Virus record (IMG/VR): IMGVR_UViG_3300045988_166882
Direction: 5' to 3' (one strand)
Source of the DNA: a virus
Length of the DNA stretch: 64,000 bases
A program made the position numbers and the translations under genes. The notes under the pieces were generated by a model. That model worked only from the letters and a program-made list of their open reading frames with translations, did no database searches and was not told the origin of the DNA. This document shows, one piece after another, positions 43,047 through 53,615 of this stretch (position 1 is its first letter; every line of letters starts with the position of its first letter).

Positions 43047-43879
43047 TGGCCAAAAAGCAATCCATACTGAGCGCGTCGCTCGTTGACACCCCACCCGTGA
43101 GCCTGACCCCCGCGCAACCGGGGCGTCCGGCCGTGGGCTGGGACGTCGGCCGTTTTGAACGCCTTATCTACGATCAGGGGTACGACGCCTACATCGACCG
43201 CGCCATGCGCTGCCCGTGCGTGGACAAGACCAGCGGTCAAGCCTCATCGACGTGCCAAAACTGCTACGGCCGAGGATGGTTCTTCGTCAATCGCCGTGAA
43301 ACGCGCCTCATAGCCCAGACCATGGGCAACCGCCGCAAGTACGAAGAGTGGAGCGAACTCAACATCGGCACCGCCGCTATCACGGCCCGTGCCGTTGATC
43401 GTATGGGGTTCATGGACCGCGTCGTGCTGTTGGACTTGGAGGGGTATTTCTCTGAGATACTCCGGCCGACTATCTACCGTAACGAACTGTTCGCTTACCC
43501 AGTGTACGAACCCTTGGAAGTGACCGACATCTTCCTTCATGTAGCCGACGGCGAACCGTTGCGGCCGCTTACTACGGCAGAGTTCCGCGTGGACAAGAAC
43601 AGGGTCGTTTTCAGCAAGGATTTGATCGGCATGGTAGAAAGTAACGACCCTAACGCTAAAGCCGGCAATTTGACCGTTTCTATTCGCTACAAGCACTACC
43701 CCGTCTATCACATAATCGACGTTGACCGCGAACTCATGCAAGTGCGCGAAGGTAAGCCCTGCGCCGTGGATCGCGGAGCGTTGACCGCTATGCCAGTGAA
43801 GGTCGTTGGCCGCAAGGCGGAGTACGTATTCCCGCCCATGCGCTACGGCGACGTCCCCTACGATAACACCGTGAAGTAA
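43046..43879 (+). CDS. hypothetical virion protein with CxC...CxxC zinc-ribbon-like motif (277 aa)
   Basis: MRCPCVDKTSGQASSTCQNCYGRGW. The start overlaps the upstream stop. Confidence 0.55.
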   Translation: MAKKQSILSASLVDTPPVSLTPAQPGRPAVGWDVGRFERLIYDQGYDAYIDRAMRCPCVDKTSGQASSTCQNCYGRGWFFVNRRETRLIAQTMGNRRKYEEWSELNIGTAAITARAVDRMGFMDRVVLLDLEGYFSEILRPTIYRNELFAYPVYEPLEVTDIFLHVADGEPLRPLTTAEFRVDKNRVVFSKDLIGMVESNDPNAKAGNLTVSIRYKHYPVYHIIDVDRELMQVREGKPCAVDRGALTAMPVKVVGRKAEYVFPPMRYGDVPYDNTVK

Positions 43880-44682
43880 TGGCACGGCCCATCAACATAG
43901 ACGTCACGGGTTTAGGAGCCCAGTTTGGACTCACCCAAGCCCAGATCGACGACCTGACCGAGTTGTGTGTTCAGGCCGTCACGGCAGCCGTCTATGCGAA
44001 TTGGCAGGCCCAAGCCAAGCAGGGACTCAATTCAACACGCCCCGAATACCTCCAAAATCTCAACATCATCGACCGTGGCCGCTTTGCCAAGTCGATCGTC
44101 CTCACGGGGGAACTACCAGTGATGCTGGAGGCCGGGGCAACCCCTTTCGACCAGAAGGAGTATTTCCAGCGGTCATCGCGTGTCCGCCACACCGTTCCCG
44201 TACTACGCAAAGACGGTACGGTACTGAAGCCCGGCGGCGATTGGTATCTGACTGTTCCGTTCCGCCATGGTACGCCCGGCACGGTTGGTCAGGCAGGATT
44301 CTCTGACGAAATGCCTCAAGAGGTTTACAACGTGGTACGCACGTTCGTTACCGGGCAGCGGTTACGCGCTTCGCAGATTCCTTCGCCGTACAACATACCG
44401 ACTACACGCCGTGCCGTGGCAGCTACTGACCGCTCGCCGGCATACGGGGCTTACCTGCGTAAGCACTCCATCTACGAGGGCATCACCAAGATGACTGGCG
44501 TGTACGCGCGTACCACCCAGAACATGTACGTTTCGTTCCGCCGGGCGTCAAAGAACAGCGATCCGCTGAGTTGGATATTCCCCGGTTTGGCCGCAAGACG
44601 GTTTGCCGACAAGGCCCTCGACCAGACGGACGTTGAAACCATAGTACATAACGAATCGGTTAATTTCTTGGAAAACTTATGA
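43879..44682 (+). CDS. hypothetical neck/tail-completion-module protein (267 aa)
   Basis: Position only. The start overlaps the upstream stop. Confidence 0.55.
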   Translation: MARPINIDVTGLGAQFGLTQAQIDDLTELCVQAVTAAVYANWQAQAKQGLNSTRPEYLQNLNIIDRGRFAKSIVLTGELPVMLEAGATPFDQKEYFQRSSRVRHTVPVLRKDGTVLKPGGDWYLTVPFRHGTPGTVGQAGFSDEMPQEVYNVVRTFVTGQRLRASQIPSPYNIPTTRRAVAATDRSPAYGAYLRKHSIYEGITKMTGVYARTTQNMYVSFRRASKNSDPLSWIFPGLAARRFADKALDQTDVETIVHNESVNFLENL

Positions 44683-45383
44683 AAGTAGACGCCATTATCT
44701 TGCCTGAAGTGATAATCGCCCGCGTGCTGAACGCCATCGTGAAGATGATACGCGACGATATCGCCATGACGCTACCCGCTGACGTCAAGAACACCATCCT
44801 GTATCAGCTGCTTGGCGCCAACGAAGACGACCAGCCTATCCACATGAACGCTTATAACTACTTCAAGCAGGCGGTCAAGATATTCTCTAACCCGGCGAAT
44901 TTGGAGGTCCATTTGGGATACAACGCTCAGGTAACTACAGCCCTCGCCGTTCATATCATTTTGCCCGGTGAACAAGCCTCTAATGCCCCGCTGGGTGAGG
45001 GGCAGGAGTGGGACGCTGACGCCGAGCAATTCATGTACACGCAGTGGATGGATGCGCAGTACCAGATTCTCATCACGTCGGATAATTCATCCGAGGCCAT
45101 GATTGCCTACAACGTGTTGAAATCCATGCTGCTGATGTACGCACCAAACCTCGACTTGGTAGGGTTACGCATCCCGCGGGTATCGGGCGGCGATATCATC
45201 CTCCAGCAGGACATCATCCCGCCAACCGTATTCCACAAAGCCCTCACGCTGGCGTTCAAATACGAGGTTACGGTTCCAACAAGATTGCGTGCCCAAGTCG
45301 TAAAGGCCATCAGCTACAATTATAACATTTGCGACCCGTTTGGCGGTGAAGTGATAATCCCCGGCGGCGATGAAACCGAATAA
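44679..45383 (+). CDS. hypothetical neck/tail-completion-module protein (234 aa)
   Basis: ATGA overlap with the upstream gene. Position only. Confidence 0.55.
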   Translation: MKVDAIILPEVIIARVLNAIVKMIRDDIAMTLPADVKNTILYQLLGANEDDQPIHMNAYNYFKQAVKIFSNPANLEVHLGYNAQVTTALAVHIILPGEQASNAPLGEGQEWDADAEQFMYTQWMDAQYQILITSDNSSEAMIAYNVLKSMLLMYAPNLDLVGLRIPRVSGGDIILQQDIIPPTVFHKALTLAFKYEVTVPTRLRAQVVKAISYNYNICDPFGGEVIIPGGDETE

Positions 45384-45412
45384 ATACCAAACTTTTCTAA
45401 ACATACAACATT

Positions 45413-47098
45413 ATGAGTACTGTGGTAACGATGAATGGCAAAACCTACGTTGAGCCGGGTTCGTACGCAATCACTGTCTACCAGCCTACTTCGGTAGTCA
45501 ACGTGGCCTCGTTTGGCCGCGTCATGATTATCGACACGGGCCTCTCTCAGGAGAAGGCAGGCGACGCGACGTACGAGTTCGCTGGCGGCGCGGGTATTGC
45601 CGGCGTTGACGCTTCCGGGCGCAAGGCCATTTACGCTTTCGAGAATTTCGAGGACTTCTCGGACTTTATGGGTGGCGGTATGATCACCGACATCGCTCAA
45701 AAGCTATTCACGCCGATCGACGGTGCGCTGGGTACGCCGCGTCTGTACTATACCCGTGCAGCCAAGACCACGCCTGCAACGTTGAGTATCGGCGCTGACA
45801 CCAATTCTATCGTCCTGACGTGTTTGAACGAAGGCGCGGTTGGTAACGGTGTAGCTGAAGGCGATATGAGCGAACTGTCGAACGGCACGCTGGAGAACCT
45901 CAAGGTGGGCTACGCCCTCGCGATTAAGGCAGGCGTTGATGACACGTCGAAATTCATCGTCACCATCTACCGAGGTAACTACCGCGGTACGGACGCTGCG
46001 GGTGAACCTTACGGCACCTATTCGCTGGCTGACGCTTACGGTGAGATGGTTGCCCAGTCGGGTGAGATTGGAACGTACGACGAACTTTACAACTGGTTGC
46101 TGACGTCGTCGATGGCCATGGCCAACTTCCGCCCGTCGAAGGGTGCAGGCTATGTAGGCACGACCGCGCTGAAAGTAACCGCTCCGGCACTGTTCGCTGG
46201 TGGCACCACGTCGTATAAGGGTTCGAAGGGCGAGAACGAATACTACCCCGACGTGCTGGAGGCTATCCGCGAGTTGGAGGTTACGTTCTTCCTGTGTACG
46301 GACTACGGTGTAGTCAACGGCGCCAAGGCTTCGTCCAACGGCAAACTGTTCACCTTCCTGAAGAACGACGCCAAGTTTGACGAGTTTATGTTTGTACCCG
46401 GCGGCGAAGGAAAGGCTGATCTGCTGACGACCAACACCATTACCCAGACTTCGCAGGCGCTGGCTGTACACTACAACGACGAGAAGGTCATCGTCACCCA
46501 CGGTTCGCCTACCGTACCGCGTAAGGACGGCAACGGCACCAAGAACCTGCCGTCGATCTATCTCGCTGCGGCTATCATGGGCCTGAACGCTGGTCTGGCT
46601 GCCCAGACTCCCGTTACGTTCAAGCGCGTGGGATACGACGCCTACGCCTACGATCTCACGTTCAGCGAGCGCGTGAAGGCCCTTCAGGCTGGTATTATGC
46701 ACGTTCGCGAGGTTTCGGGTTACTACCGCGTCAATCAGGGCATCACGTCGCTTCAGAACAACAAGCAGACCATCTCCGAGGACGGCCAGACCTTCGAATT
46801 GTCGATCGCTCTGATCAAGGCTCAGCTGAACAAGGAACTGATCCTCGAAGGCCAAACGCGCTTCACGGGTAACACGGCGGCTCAGGCTTCGCCCAACACC
46901 GTGAAGGACTTCACCGAAACCAAACTCACGTCGCTCGTGGCCAAGGTAGGTGATGACAACCTGATTATCTCGTGGAAGAACGTGAAGGTTTCGGCCCGCA
47001 ACGGCGACTACAAGGTAACGTACGACTTCGTCCCGAACGTTCCGGTCAACAAGACGTTCTTCGTCGGGAACATGCTCGACTATGTTTTCAACTCGTAA
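45413..47098 (+). CDS. tail sheath protein (probable)
   Basis: 561 aa. The N-terminus TYVEPGSYAITVYQP resembles the sheath PGVY-type start. It is immediately followed by a tube-sized gene, chaperones and a tape measure. Confidence 0.65.
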   Translation: MSTVVTMNGKTYVEPGSYAITVYQPTSVVNVASFGRVMIIDTGLSQEKAGDATYEFAGGAGIAGVDASGRKAIYAFENFEDFSDFMGGGMITDIAQKLFTPIDGALGTPRLYYTRAAKTTPATLSIGADTNSIVLTCLNEGAVGNGVAEGDMSELSNGTLENLKVGYALAIKAGVDDTSKFIVTIYRGNYRGTDAAGEPYGTYSLADAYGEMVAQSGEIGTYDELYNWLLTSSMAMANFRPSKGAGYVGTTALKVTAPALFAGGTTSYKGSKGENEYYPDVLEAIRELEVTFFLCTDYGVVNGAKASSNGKLFTFLKNDAKFDEFMFVPGGEGKADLLTTNTITQTSQALAVHYNDEKVIVTHGSPTVPRKDGNGTKNLPSIYLAAAIMGLNAGLAAQTPVTFKRVGYDAYAYDLTFSERVKALQAGIMHVREVSGYYRVNQGITSLQNNKQTISEDGQTFELSIALIKAQLNKELILEGQTRFTGNTAAQASPNTVKDFTETKLTSLVAKVGDDNLIISWKNVKVSARNGDYKVTYDFVPNVPVNKTFFVGNMLDYVFNS

Positions 47099-47117
47099 TT
47101 AAAGAAAGGAGCGCTAT

Positions 47118-47618
47118 ATGTCGAATAAGAAAGTAATGACTGCACCGCTGGCGATTATCCGCATCAACAGCGTTGCTGTCGGTAAGATGAAGAACGTCCG
47201 CATCACGGAGAACATCCGCCGCGGGCGGGTCGTCGGCCTCGGCAGCCTCACGCCCAGTGAGGTTCCGGCGGTGGAATGGAGCGGATCGCTGAGTTGCAGT
47301 TCGTACTCCATCAATTTCAACCGTCTGGCCAACGTGTCCAAGAAGGGAACCTTCCGCCAGACTACCAGCGTCGAAGAGTGGGCCAACGCCATCCTGCTTC
47401 AGGAAGAGGGCTTGGAGTTCGCTGTTCAGCGTAAGGTCAAAGACGGCGAAATCGACCCCGAAACCGGAATGGTTAAGGCCACCTACGAAACGTTCGCGCT
47501 GGTGAAAGGGGCGTTCGTTACCCGCGAGGGCTTTGACATCCAAGAGGGGCAGATCTCGGGACGTGATACCGAGTTTGAGTACACCAGCCCGATCCTCTTT
47601 GACGGTATCAGCGAGTAA
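47118..47618 (+). CDS. tail tube protein (probable)
   Basis: 166 aa, directly after the sheath. It is preceded by one of the few clear AGGAG ribosome-binding sites and followed by a terminator. Confidence 0.6.
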   Translation: MSNKKVMTAPLAIIRINSVAVGKMKNVRITENIRRGRVVGLGSLTPSEVPAVEWSGSLSCSSYSINFNRLANVSKKGTFRQTTSVEEWANAILLQEEGLEFAVQRKVKDGEIDPETGMVKATYETFALVKGAFVTREGFDIQEGQISGRDTEFEYTSPILFDGISE

Positions 47619-47648
47619 CGCCGCGTTATCTACCAACACCAAGTATAA

Positions 47649-47689
47649 AGAGAGTGCTACGGAAAGCCCGTGGTGCTCTCTTTATTGTT
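47649..47689 (+). terminator. rho-independent terminator
   Basis: 14-bp stem AGAGAGTGCTACGG / CCGTGGTGCTCTCT (3 G-U pairs) with a 5-nt loop, then TTTATTGTT. Confidence 0.65.
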
Positions 47690-47707
47690 AAACAAAAATA
47701 GTCTAAA

Positions 47708-48124
47708 ATGGAAGATTACAAACAACAACTTTCCGAGGTGAAAGCAGTCGAGTTCCGTGGTGCGAAACTCAACGTCAAGTTCCCTAACGTCGGCGAGATG
47801 ATCGACATCGAGAACCTCAAAACCGCATACTCTGGCGGACGCTACGGCGTTATGCTGGCCAGCGGTGTGAAGAGCATGATCTACGCCGTTGACGTGATCG
47901 ACGCCATGGCCTTCATCGAGATCAAACTCAAAGCCGTACGCAACATGCTGAACCTTCCTGAAGGGCAGTCGCTGATGAGCGTCGATTCGGGGCTGGCGTC
48001 GGAACTCACGGCTTGGTACAAGCAGCAAATCGCCCCGTGGTATAACTCGATGATGTCGAAACTGTATGAGGCAGGAAATGCCCAGCCGTCTCTCAACGCA
48101 AAGGGCGGAGCCGACGCTGAATGA
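47708..48124 (+). CDS. tail assembly chaperone candidate (138 aa)
   Basis: Position between the tube and tape measure genes. Confidence 0.5.
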   Translation: MEDYKQQLSEVKAVEFRGAKLNVKFPNVGEMIDIENLKTAYSGGRYGVMLASGVKSMIYAVDVIDAMAFIEIKLKAVRNMLNLPEGQSLMSVDSGLASELTAWYKQQIAPWYNSMMSKLYEAGNAQPSLNAKGGADAE

Positions 48125-48401
48125 CGTCATTGACCGTGGCGTCGAACGCTGGCTGAGTCAGTTCCCGATCGACCTTTGGTGGCGGAGGAAATACCGTATA
48201 GCCTACGGGTCTCCGCGTCACCGGGCGATGAGTTTCTTTGATCAGTTACGCGAGTACCGTGAAGAGGTGTTGCTGAAGCGTATCGCACAAGAGCAGTCAG
48301 AGCGTGAAATGATGGGCGACGACTACGATTCACGGGTTGTTAAACTGAGTCAAGAGGAGATCGACGAAGACTACGAGAATATCAACTTGGATGACTTTTA
48401 A
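48066..48401 (+). CDS. second chaperone-position ORF (111 aa), overlapping upstream ORF by 59 nt in the +1 frame
   Basis: Has its own ATG. Its frame is open only from 48054. Confidence 0.45.
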   Translation: MRQEMPSRLSTQRAEPTLNDVIDRGVERWLSQFPIDLWWRRKYRIAYGSPRHRAMSFFDQLREYREEVLLKRIAQEQSEREMMGDDYDSRVVKLSQEEIDEDYENINLDDF

Positions 48402-48412
48402 CGCAAATAACA

Positions 48413-50485
48413 ATGGCCGAAAGGGACATAACAGTTAACATCAACGGAAACGGCTCCGGCGGCACCAGCACTCCCCCGACGCCTCCCGAACCGCCTGCGA
48501 GTGGCGGCGATACGCGGTTGAGCGCGTCGGTGTCGGACTTGGTAAGCGAACTTCGCAGCGTGTTGTCCCAAGGCGGCGGCCCGGCGTTCGGCCAGAGTGG
48601 ATTCAAGGGTTATTTGGACGATGTCGGCCGGAGTATCGTCACCCAGCGTCAGGCAGAAATACGCAACCGATTCGACTTGGCTCGTGAGGAGAATTCGAGC
48701 CGTTACATGGAAGAGGTTAACCGCTTGGACGCTGAGCGTGAAGCGCGTGTTAACCAATATTCGTTCGCCCCTAACGGCACGCTGTTCAACCCCGAAGGTA
48801 AGCCGCTTCCGTCAGGCAAGACCATCGCTCAGGACCTCGATTCGTGGTACAACCCCCGGTTCCGGGCCATTGAAGAGCAATTTGCGCCGATTGACGAGCG
48901 TTTAGCCTCTGAAGAGGAAAGTGAGCGTGCCGCGGTAGAACGCGAAATGACGGACGCCCTGAAGGCCGTTGCGGAGGCGTTACGAACCGAGTCGCGTGAG
49001 AAGTCTTCAGGTAACGACGATTCCTACATGGGCCGCTTGCGTTTGCAGCGCAAGGAACTCACCGACGAAATGGAGCGGGCCGTGTCGCAAGACGACTACG
49101 TTGCCGCCCGCCGAAGGTTGCAGGAATTCGATCAACGCCAAAGCGCAGCCGGCAACGGCGATATCTTCGAAAACATCACCAACGCCCGCTTGGCCACTTC
49201 CGGCGCAGGCATGATAACCTCAGCCGCCAGCGGTAACATCACTGGCATGGGCATGGGGGCCGCTGGATTAGGAGCCGCCGCACTTGGCATTCCTATCGCA
49301 GGTATCATCGCCGGAGCGATCGTTGCTGCAATAGGGCAAACCGTCATAGCCACCACCAACCGCATTGAGTCCATGGGCGACATGGCCGCGATACGGGGAA
49401 TTTGGGGTGGTAATACCGGTAATGCCGCGCTCCGTAACGCTACCGCTACCGTCATCAACGCCCGTACTCAAGGAGCCTACGGCGAAGAAATCACCCGTAA
49501 ACAGCTGGGGCTGGAGGATGCCGAGTTTATGCAACGTGCGCTTGCCCTCATGACTACGTCTGGCGTGTTGGCTAACTGGGAGAACCGGACGTTCTACAGC
49601 TACGCCAACGAAAGCCAGTTCAATCTTCGCGAAGGCAGCGTTGCTCAGGCGTCCCGCTACGACCGCTATGGCTTGGAGGCCAACACGGCAATTTCGCGCT
49701 TGGCATACGAACTCGAACGCCTCAACGATGAAGGCGTGAATACCGGCATCGGCGGCGAGTTAGGATACATCCGGATGCAGGAGCGGTACGACATCCAGCA
49801 ACAGCTGATGGGGCGGTACTACGCGGCGTACAATCGACCGAACTACGAAGTGGCTAACGCTACTCAGGCCGCTTACTCTGCAGCTATGGACCCGCGGTTC
49901 ATTCAGGATAGCCGTTTGGGTGACGTTATCGCCAAGTTAGACTCCGCGCTGGGCAACCCGCAAAGCGAGAATATGCAGGCTATCTCGTTCGACGCCTTAC
50001 GGGAGTACGGCGCAGGGTTCGGACTGGATAAAATGAACAATTTCCAACTGCAGTACGTACTGAGCAATCCACAGAGTTTTGGCCTCAATGAGACCCAAAT
50101 AAACTCGATGGTGATTCAGCGTATCGCTGATATGGCCAATATCCCCAAAGACCAGCGTGGCGACATGAGCGCTCTGTTCGCTTCACCTGCGTTTATGAAT
50201 ATCATCCGCGGCGTTTTACCGAATTTGACCTACGACGAACTGGCTCAAACGTTGCCCGGTTTGGCTACGGGCGAAACGGCGCGTCAATACTCGCGGTCCA
50301 GTCAGGCTATGAAACAAGGGGCTACTGAATCGCATTATAGCATGCTTCAAAACATGAGCGACTACTCCGGATTTCGCACGGCCATTGGTAAACTGCTGAC
50401 AGCTACGGAGGAGTTCGCTACACAGTTAGGTAGCACGCTGGCAAATTACAACATAGAAGAAAACGAGGTTCACCCCGGTTCGTGA
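48413..50485 (+). CDS. tape measure protein
   Basis: 690 aa, helical, with a Gly/Ala-rich hydrophobic segment (GMGMGAAGLGAAALGIPIAGIIAGAIVAAIG). It sits in the canonical position. Confidence 0.7.
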   Translation: MAERDITVNINGNGSGGTSTPPTPPEPPASGGDTRLSASVSDLVSELRSVLSQGGGPAFGQSGFKGYLDDVGRSIVTQRQAEIRNRFDLAREENSSRYMEEVNRLDAEREARVNQYSFAPNGTLFNPEGKPLPSGKTIAQDLDSWYNPRFRAIEEQFAPIDERLASEEESERAAVEREMTDALKAVAEALRTESREKSSGNDDSYMGRLRLQRKELTDEMERAVSQDDYVAARRRLQEFDQRQSAAGNGDIFENITNARLATSGAGMITSAASGNITGMGMGAAGLGAAALGIPIAGIIAGAIVAAIGQTVIATTNRIESMGDMAAIRGIWGGNTGNAALRNATATVINARTQGAYGEEITRKQLGLEDAEFMQRALALMTTSGVLANWENRTFYSYANESQFNLREGSVAQASRYDRYGLEANTAISRLAYELERLNDEGVNTGIGGELGYIRMQERYDIQQQLMGRYYAAYNRPNYEVANATQAAYSAAMDPRFIQDSRLGDVIAKLDSALGNPQSENMQAISFDALREYGAGFGLDKMNNFQLQYVLSNPQSFGLNETQINSMVIQRIADMANIPKDQRGDMSALFASPAFMNIIRGVLPNLTYDELAQTLPGLATGETARQYSRSSQAMKQGATESHYSMLQNMSDYSGFRTAIGKLLTATEEFATQLGSTLANYNIEENEVHPGS

Positions 50486-51780
50486 TGATAGAAGTTAAGG
50501 GATATGTCGATATAATCCACGACCAGAAGAGCGTGGTAACCATGAAGGATTTCATAGCCTTCTACCACATTGACGAGATAACGCCAGAGAAGTTGTTCGA
50601 CGACAACCGTGACAACATCTTGGCGGCGATGTCGTTAGTCGATAAGTACACCTACATGTTCGAGCACGGCCTGACCGGGGTCTTGGACACTTTAACGGCC
50701 GATAAGTTGGACCCTGAAATGGCGTTGCCGCGGTTCGCTAAGATACGGGTGTACTACACCAACATTCGTCAAGAAGACGTTCTATACGTCAGTAACGTCA
50801 AAGCCAAGATCACTGACTACGCAAAATGGGCCGACGAGCAATTGCTCGAAATAACGGACTCAAACGGTTTCCGGAGCGAAGGTAACGTCGTAACGAAGGA
50901 ATATCGCAAAATGGCCCCTAACATTCGCGTGTGCGGGTGGTTTCGGGCCTTAGAGTTCCTGAACAGTGAACGGTCGGATGACATGAAGGCTTCAGCGCTG
51001 CGTGACATATCCCGTTACGTTGGCGCCATGACAGTAAACGTCGCTAAAAATGGCGGTAATTTCACGTTGAGTCTGCCGCACATCGCCATTGAGGAAACTA
51101 TTCGCGGTGAATCCGGTGTGTATGAAAATACCATCATAGCAGCCTCAATCGAAGAAAAGCCGTACTATAAAACGACTTTCGCTGATGACGTATCGCGGAA
51201 CGAAAACGACTATTTCAACTGGCTCATATCGCCAAACGATTTGATATTCCTCCGGTTTGAAAAAACCGTCGAGGAAATCAACTCCGACCTCACAAACCGT
51301 ACAGGCGAACCTCAGTTACGGGGCGACGTCTGGGATATGATCGGTTTGGTGGATTCGGTGTCTATTTCCACTGATTCGCAAGGCGCAGTTTCCAACGTCA
51401 GCGTCCGCGGTCGAGACCTGATGAAGCTACTGATCGATGACGGCTCGTTCTTCTTCCCGGTGGCTATGGATTTAGGCGCACGCGAACTCTTCGCTAACGC
51501 TTCAGGTATTTCGACTACCAACGCTGGCGACGGATTAGGCGTCCAGTTAAACTGTAAGACTGCCGTCAATCGCCTTTTAGGACGAAACGTCAACGGCGTT
51601 ATATTGCCTTTCATGGGTAATATGTACACCTTGGAATTTGTACTCAAAGAAGTTATAAACTGGCTTTCGAATATCGCCATCGCCCCAGACTACTTGTTCA
51701 CTCCGTGGGGTGATGACCGCACTACGATGGCCGATATTGAACCAGCAACGCCCGAAGACCCTAAAAAGAACGTGAAATGA
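50482..51780 (+). CDS. hypothetical distal tail/baseplate hub-module protein (432 aa)
   Basis: ATGA overlap with the tape measure gene. Position only. Confidence 0.55.
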   Translation: MMIEVKGYVDIIHDQKSVVTMKDFIAFYHIDEITPEKLFDDNRDNILAAMSLVDKYTYMFEHGLTGVLDTLTADKLDPEMALPRFAKIRVYYTNIRQEDVLYVSNVKAKITDYAKWADEQLLEITDSNGFRSEGNVVTKEYRKMAPNIRVCGWFRALEFLNSERSDDMKASALRDISRYVGAMTVNVAKNGGNFTLSLPHIAIEETIRGESGVYENTIIAASIEEKPYYKTTFADDVSRNENDYFNWLISPNDLIFLRFEKTVEEINSDLTNRTGEPQLRGDVWDMIGLVDSVSISTDSQGAVSNVSVRGRDLMKLLIDDGSFFFPVAMDLGARELFANASGISTTNAGDGLGVQLNCKTAVNRLLGRNVNGVILPFMGNMYTLEFVLKEVINWLSNIAIAPDYLFTPWGDDRTTMADIEPATPEDPKKNVK

Positions 51781-53612
51781 GTATCGGAACCGGACTTGTA
51801 CGTAAACTGGACCAAAAGGAAAACGAATACTGGGCCTTCAAAACGTGGGACCCTGAGTGGTGTGTGTACGGTCAATCACCCTCCGCGCCTCTTGTTATAA
51901 CCTCCATAGTCGGCAACCGAACGCTGTCCATGGACGGCAAGAACAAGAAGGAATTCCACCAAGGGTTGGATATTTCAATGCCCGTGGGCACGGCTATCTA
52001 CGCTCCGGGGTATTGCAAGTGCGTTCGCGTCAGCCGTACACCCAACAAACCCTCGGGAAACTACGTTTCGATAATCATGCCTGCATGGTGGTTTGGAAAC
52101 GTCGGCCCGTTCGGTCAGTTTGAAACAGCCAACTTGGCGAATAACGCCATATCGCGTAAGAAGTGGGCCGAAGACGCGGTGGCGTGCTATGCATACGCCA
52201 CGGTACGCTTTATGCATTTGAGTGAAATAGCCAACATCAGCGAAGGTGAATGGCTCGACCCCGGTACACTGTTAGGCAGATCAGGTAACACCGGGCGATC
52301 CACAGGTCCTCACCTCCATCTGGATTGTGCAGCCAACGGCGACTGGCTCAATCCGGCTCAAATGATGAGTAAGTGCTATTTCTCTATTTCAAAGAAGGAA
52401 TTCGCCCCTTACATCAATCCCTACGACCGCCGCCGATTCACCACCGACGTGGGATCAAAGCCCGTGCCCGACTACCAGTGGATGATGGACTTCACGCGCT
52501 ACAACCAAGTAGAAGTCCCGTTCGATTCCAAAGACACCGAGCCTATCATTCCCGAGGTTAAACTCGAAAGCCTTCAAGTCAAGCAGCGTTTGGCGCCCGG
52601 TATATGGCAAATCGTCAAACTAATCATTGACGAAAACGTGGCTCATCGACAGGTGTTCGATGGTACTATTACCAACCAAACAGGCTCGCTTCTCAACTGG
52701 TTCAACAAGGTTTGCCAAGAGCCGTTCGTTGAGTTTATGGGAGAAACTTGGGGTGATCAATACTACTTCATTGCCCGCCGCCCGCCTTTTGACCACGCCA
52801 GCGTGCTGAGGGCTTACAACTACGCGATGAGCGGTAGTGGCTTGTATCACGTGGTTCAGAAGGAGCAGGTCGTTGAAACGAATTTCACTCAAAGCGTTTC
52901 CAACGCTTACTCGTGGTACTACCTCCGGCCGCGCGTTTCGTTCGGCGGTAACGACGGTACGGTGTACTACATTCCAGCGGTATTCTTCCCGGAGATGGCG
53001 GCGTTATTCGGCGCTCGCGCTTGCCACGTTCAAAGTAACTACTACAACACCGTCAACGACGGAAAGGCTGACGTTGATAACGCCAGCGAAGAGATCAGCA
53101 AACAGGCGCGTGATAACTTCGCGAAGTCGTATCTTCAGATGATGCTCGATTTGAAGTACCTGATCGAAACGACGATCTATTTGCCTTTCACCCGTCAGGG
53201 GACCATCACCTTGTACGGCAACCGCCAGATCAAGCGCGGTACGTGGATGTATTTCGTCCCTACGCAGGAAATGTACTACGTTGACGCTGTGACGAATACT
53301 TTCCAAAGCGTCGGAAACCGCGTTTTCCGCTCGACCACATTACAGGTATCGCGCGGCATGAAGACAAGCCTGATAGACGGTACACGTCAAGATTTAGCTA
53401 TTATTGATAAGGCTGATGGTTACAATAAATTGAGTGGATATTTCGGCTTGGTTGACTTCGGTAAAACAAAAAGCGGGGCTGCGTACCCTGAAAAGTGGGA
53501 CGGCCTTATTGACGGGAAAACTACCTTCAATGAATGTATTGCTGACATCCACATCAATCAACATATTTTGAACATCCTGTGTAAAAAAGCCGGCTTTTTG
53601 CCCGGAAAATAG
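51777..53612 (+). CDS. tail/baseplate protein with M23 (LytM-type) peptidase domain
   Basis: HQGLDISMPVGTAIYAP and GNTGRSTGPHLHLD match the HxxxD and HxH motifs of M23 peptidases. Confidence 0.75.
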   Translation: MSIGTGLVRKLDQKENEYWAFKTWDPEWCVYGQSPSAPLVITSIVGNRTLSMDGKNKKEFHQGLDISMPVGTAIYAPGYCKCVRVSRTPNKPSGNYVSIIMPAWWFGNVGPFGQFETANLANNAISRKKWAEDAVACYAYATVRFMHLSEIANISEGEWLDPGTLLGRSGNTGRSTGPHLHLDCAANGDWLNPAQMMSKCYFSISKKEFAPYINPYDRRRFTTDVGSKPVPDYQWMMDFTRYNQVEVPFDSKDTEPIIPEVKLESLQVKQRLAPGIWQIVKLIIDENVAHRQVFDGTITNQTGSLLNWFNKVCQEPFVEFMGETWGDQYYFIARRPPFDHASVLRAYNYAMSGSGLYHVVQKEQVVETNFTQSVSNAYSWYYLRPRVSFGGNDGTVYYIPAVFFPEMAALFGARACHVQSNYYNTVNDGKADVDNASEEISKQARDNFAKSYLQMMLDLKYLIETTIYLPFTRQGTITLYGNRQIKRGTWMYFVPTQEMYYVDAVTNTFQSVGNRVFRSTTLQVSRGMKTSLIDGTRQDLAIIDKADGYNKLSGYFGLVDFGKTKSGAAYPEKWDGLIDGKTTFNECIADIHINQHILNILCKKAGFLPGK

Positions 53613-53615
53613 CCT

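Noticed and set aside
47637-47650. CACCAAGTATAAAG, another copy of the AAGTATAA promoter-like core
   Set aside because: It lies immediately upstream of, and partly inside, the tube-gene terminator hairpin, and it lacks the flanking GTAAC and AAATTTAAGA blocks. It is probably a chance match.
48100-48106. Canonical-looking -1 slippery heptamer A_AAG_GGC near the end of the first chaperone ORF
   Set aside because: After a -1 shift the frame reads AAA GGG CGG AGC CGA CGC TGA. It stops at 48120, before the zero-frame stop, so no extended product would result. The downstream ORF is in the +1 frame.
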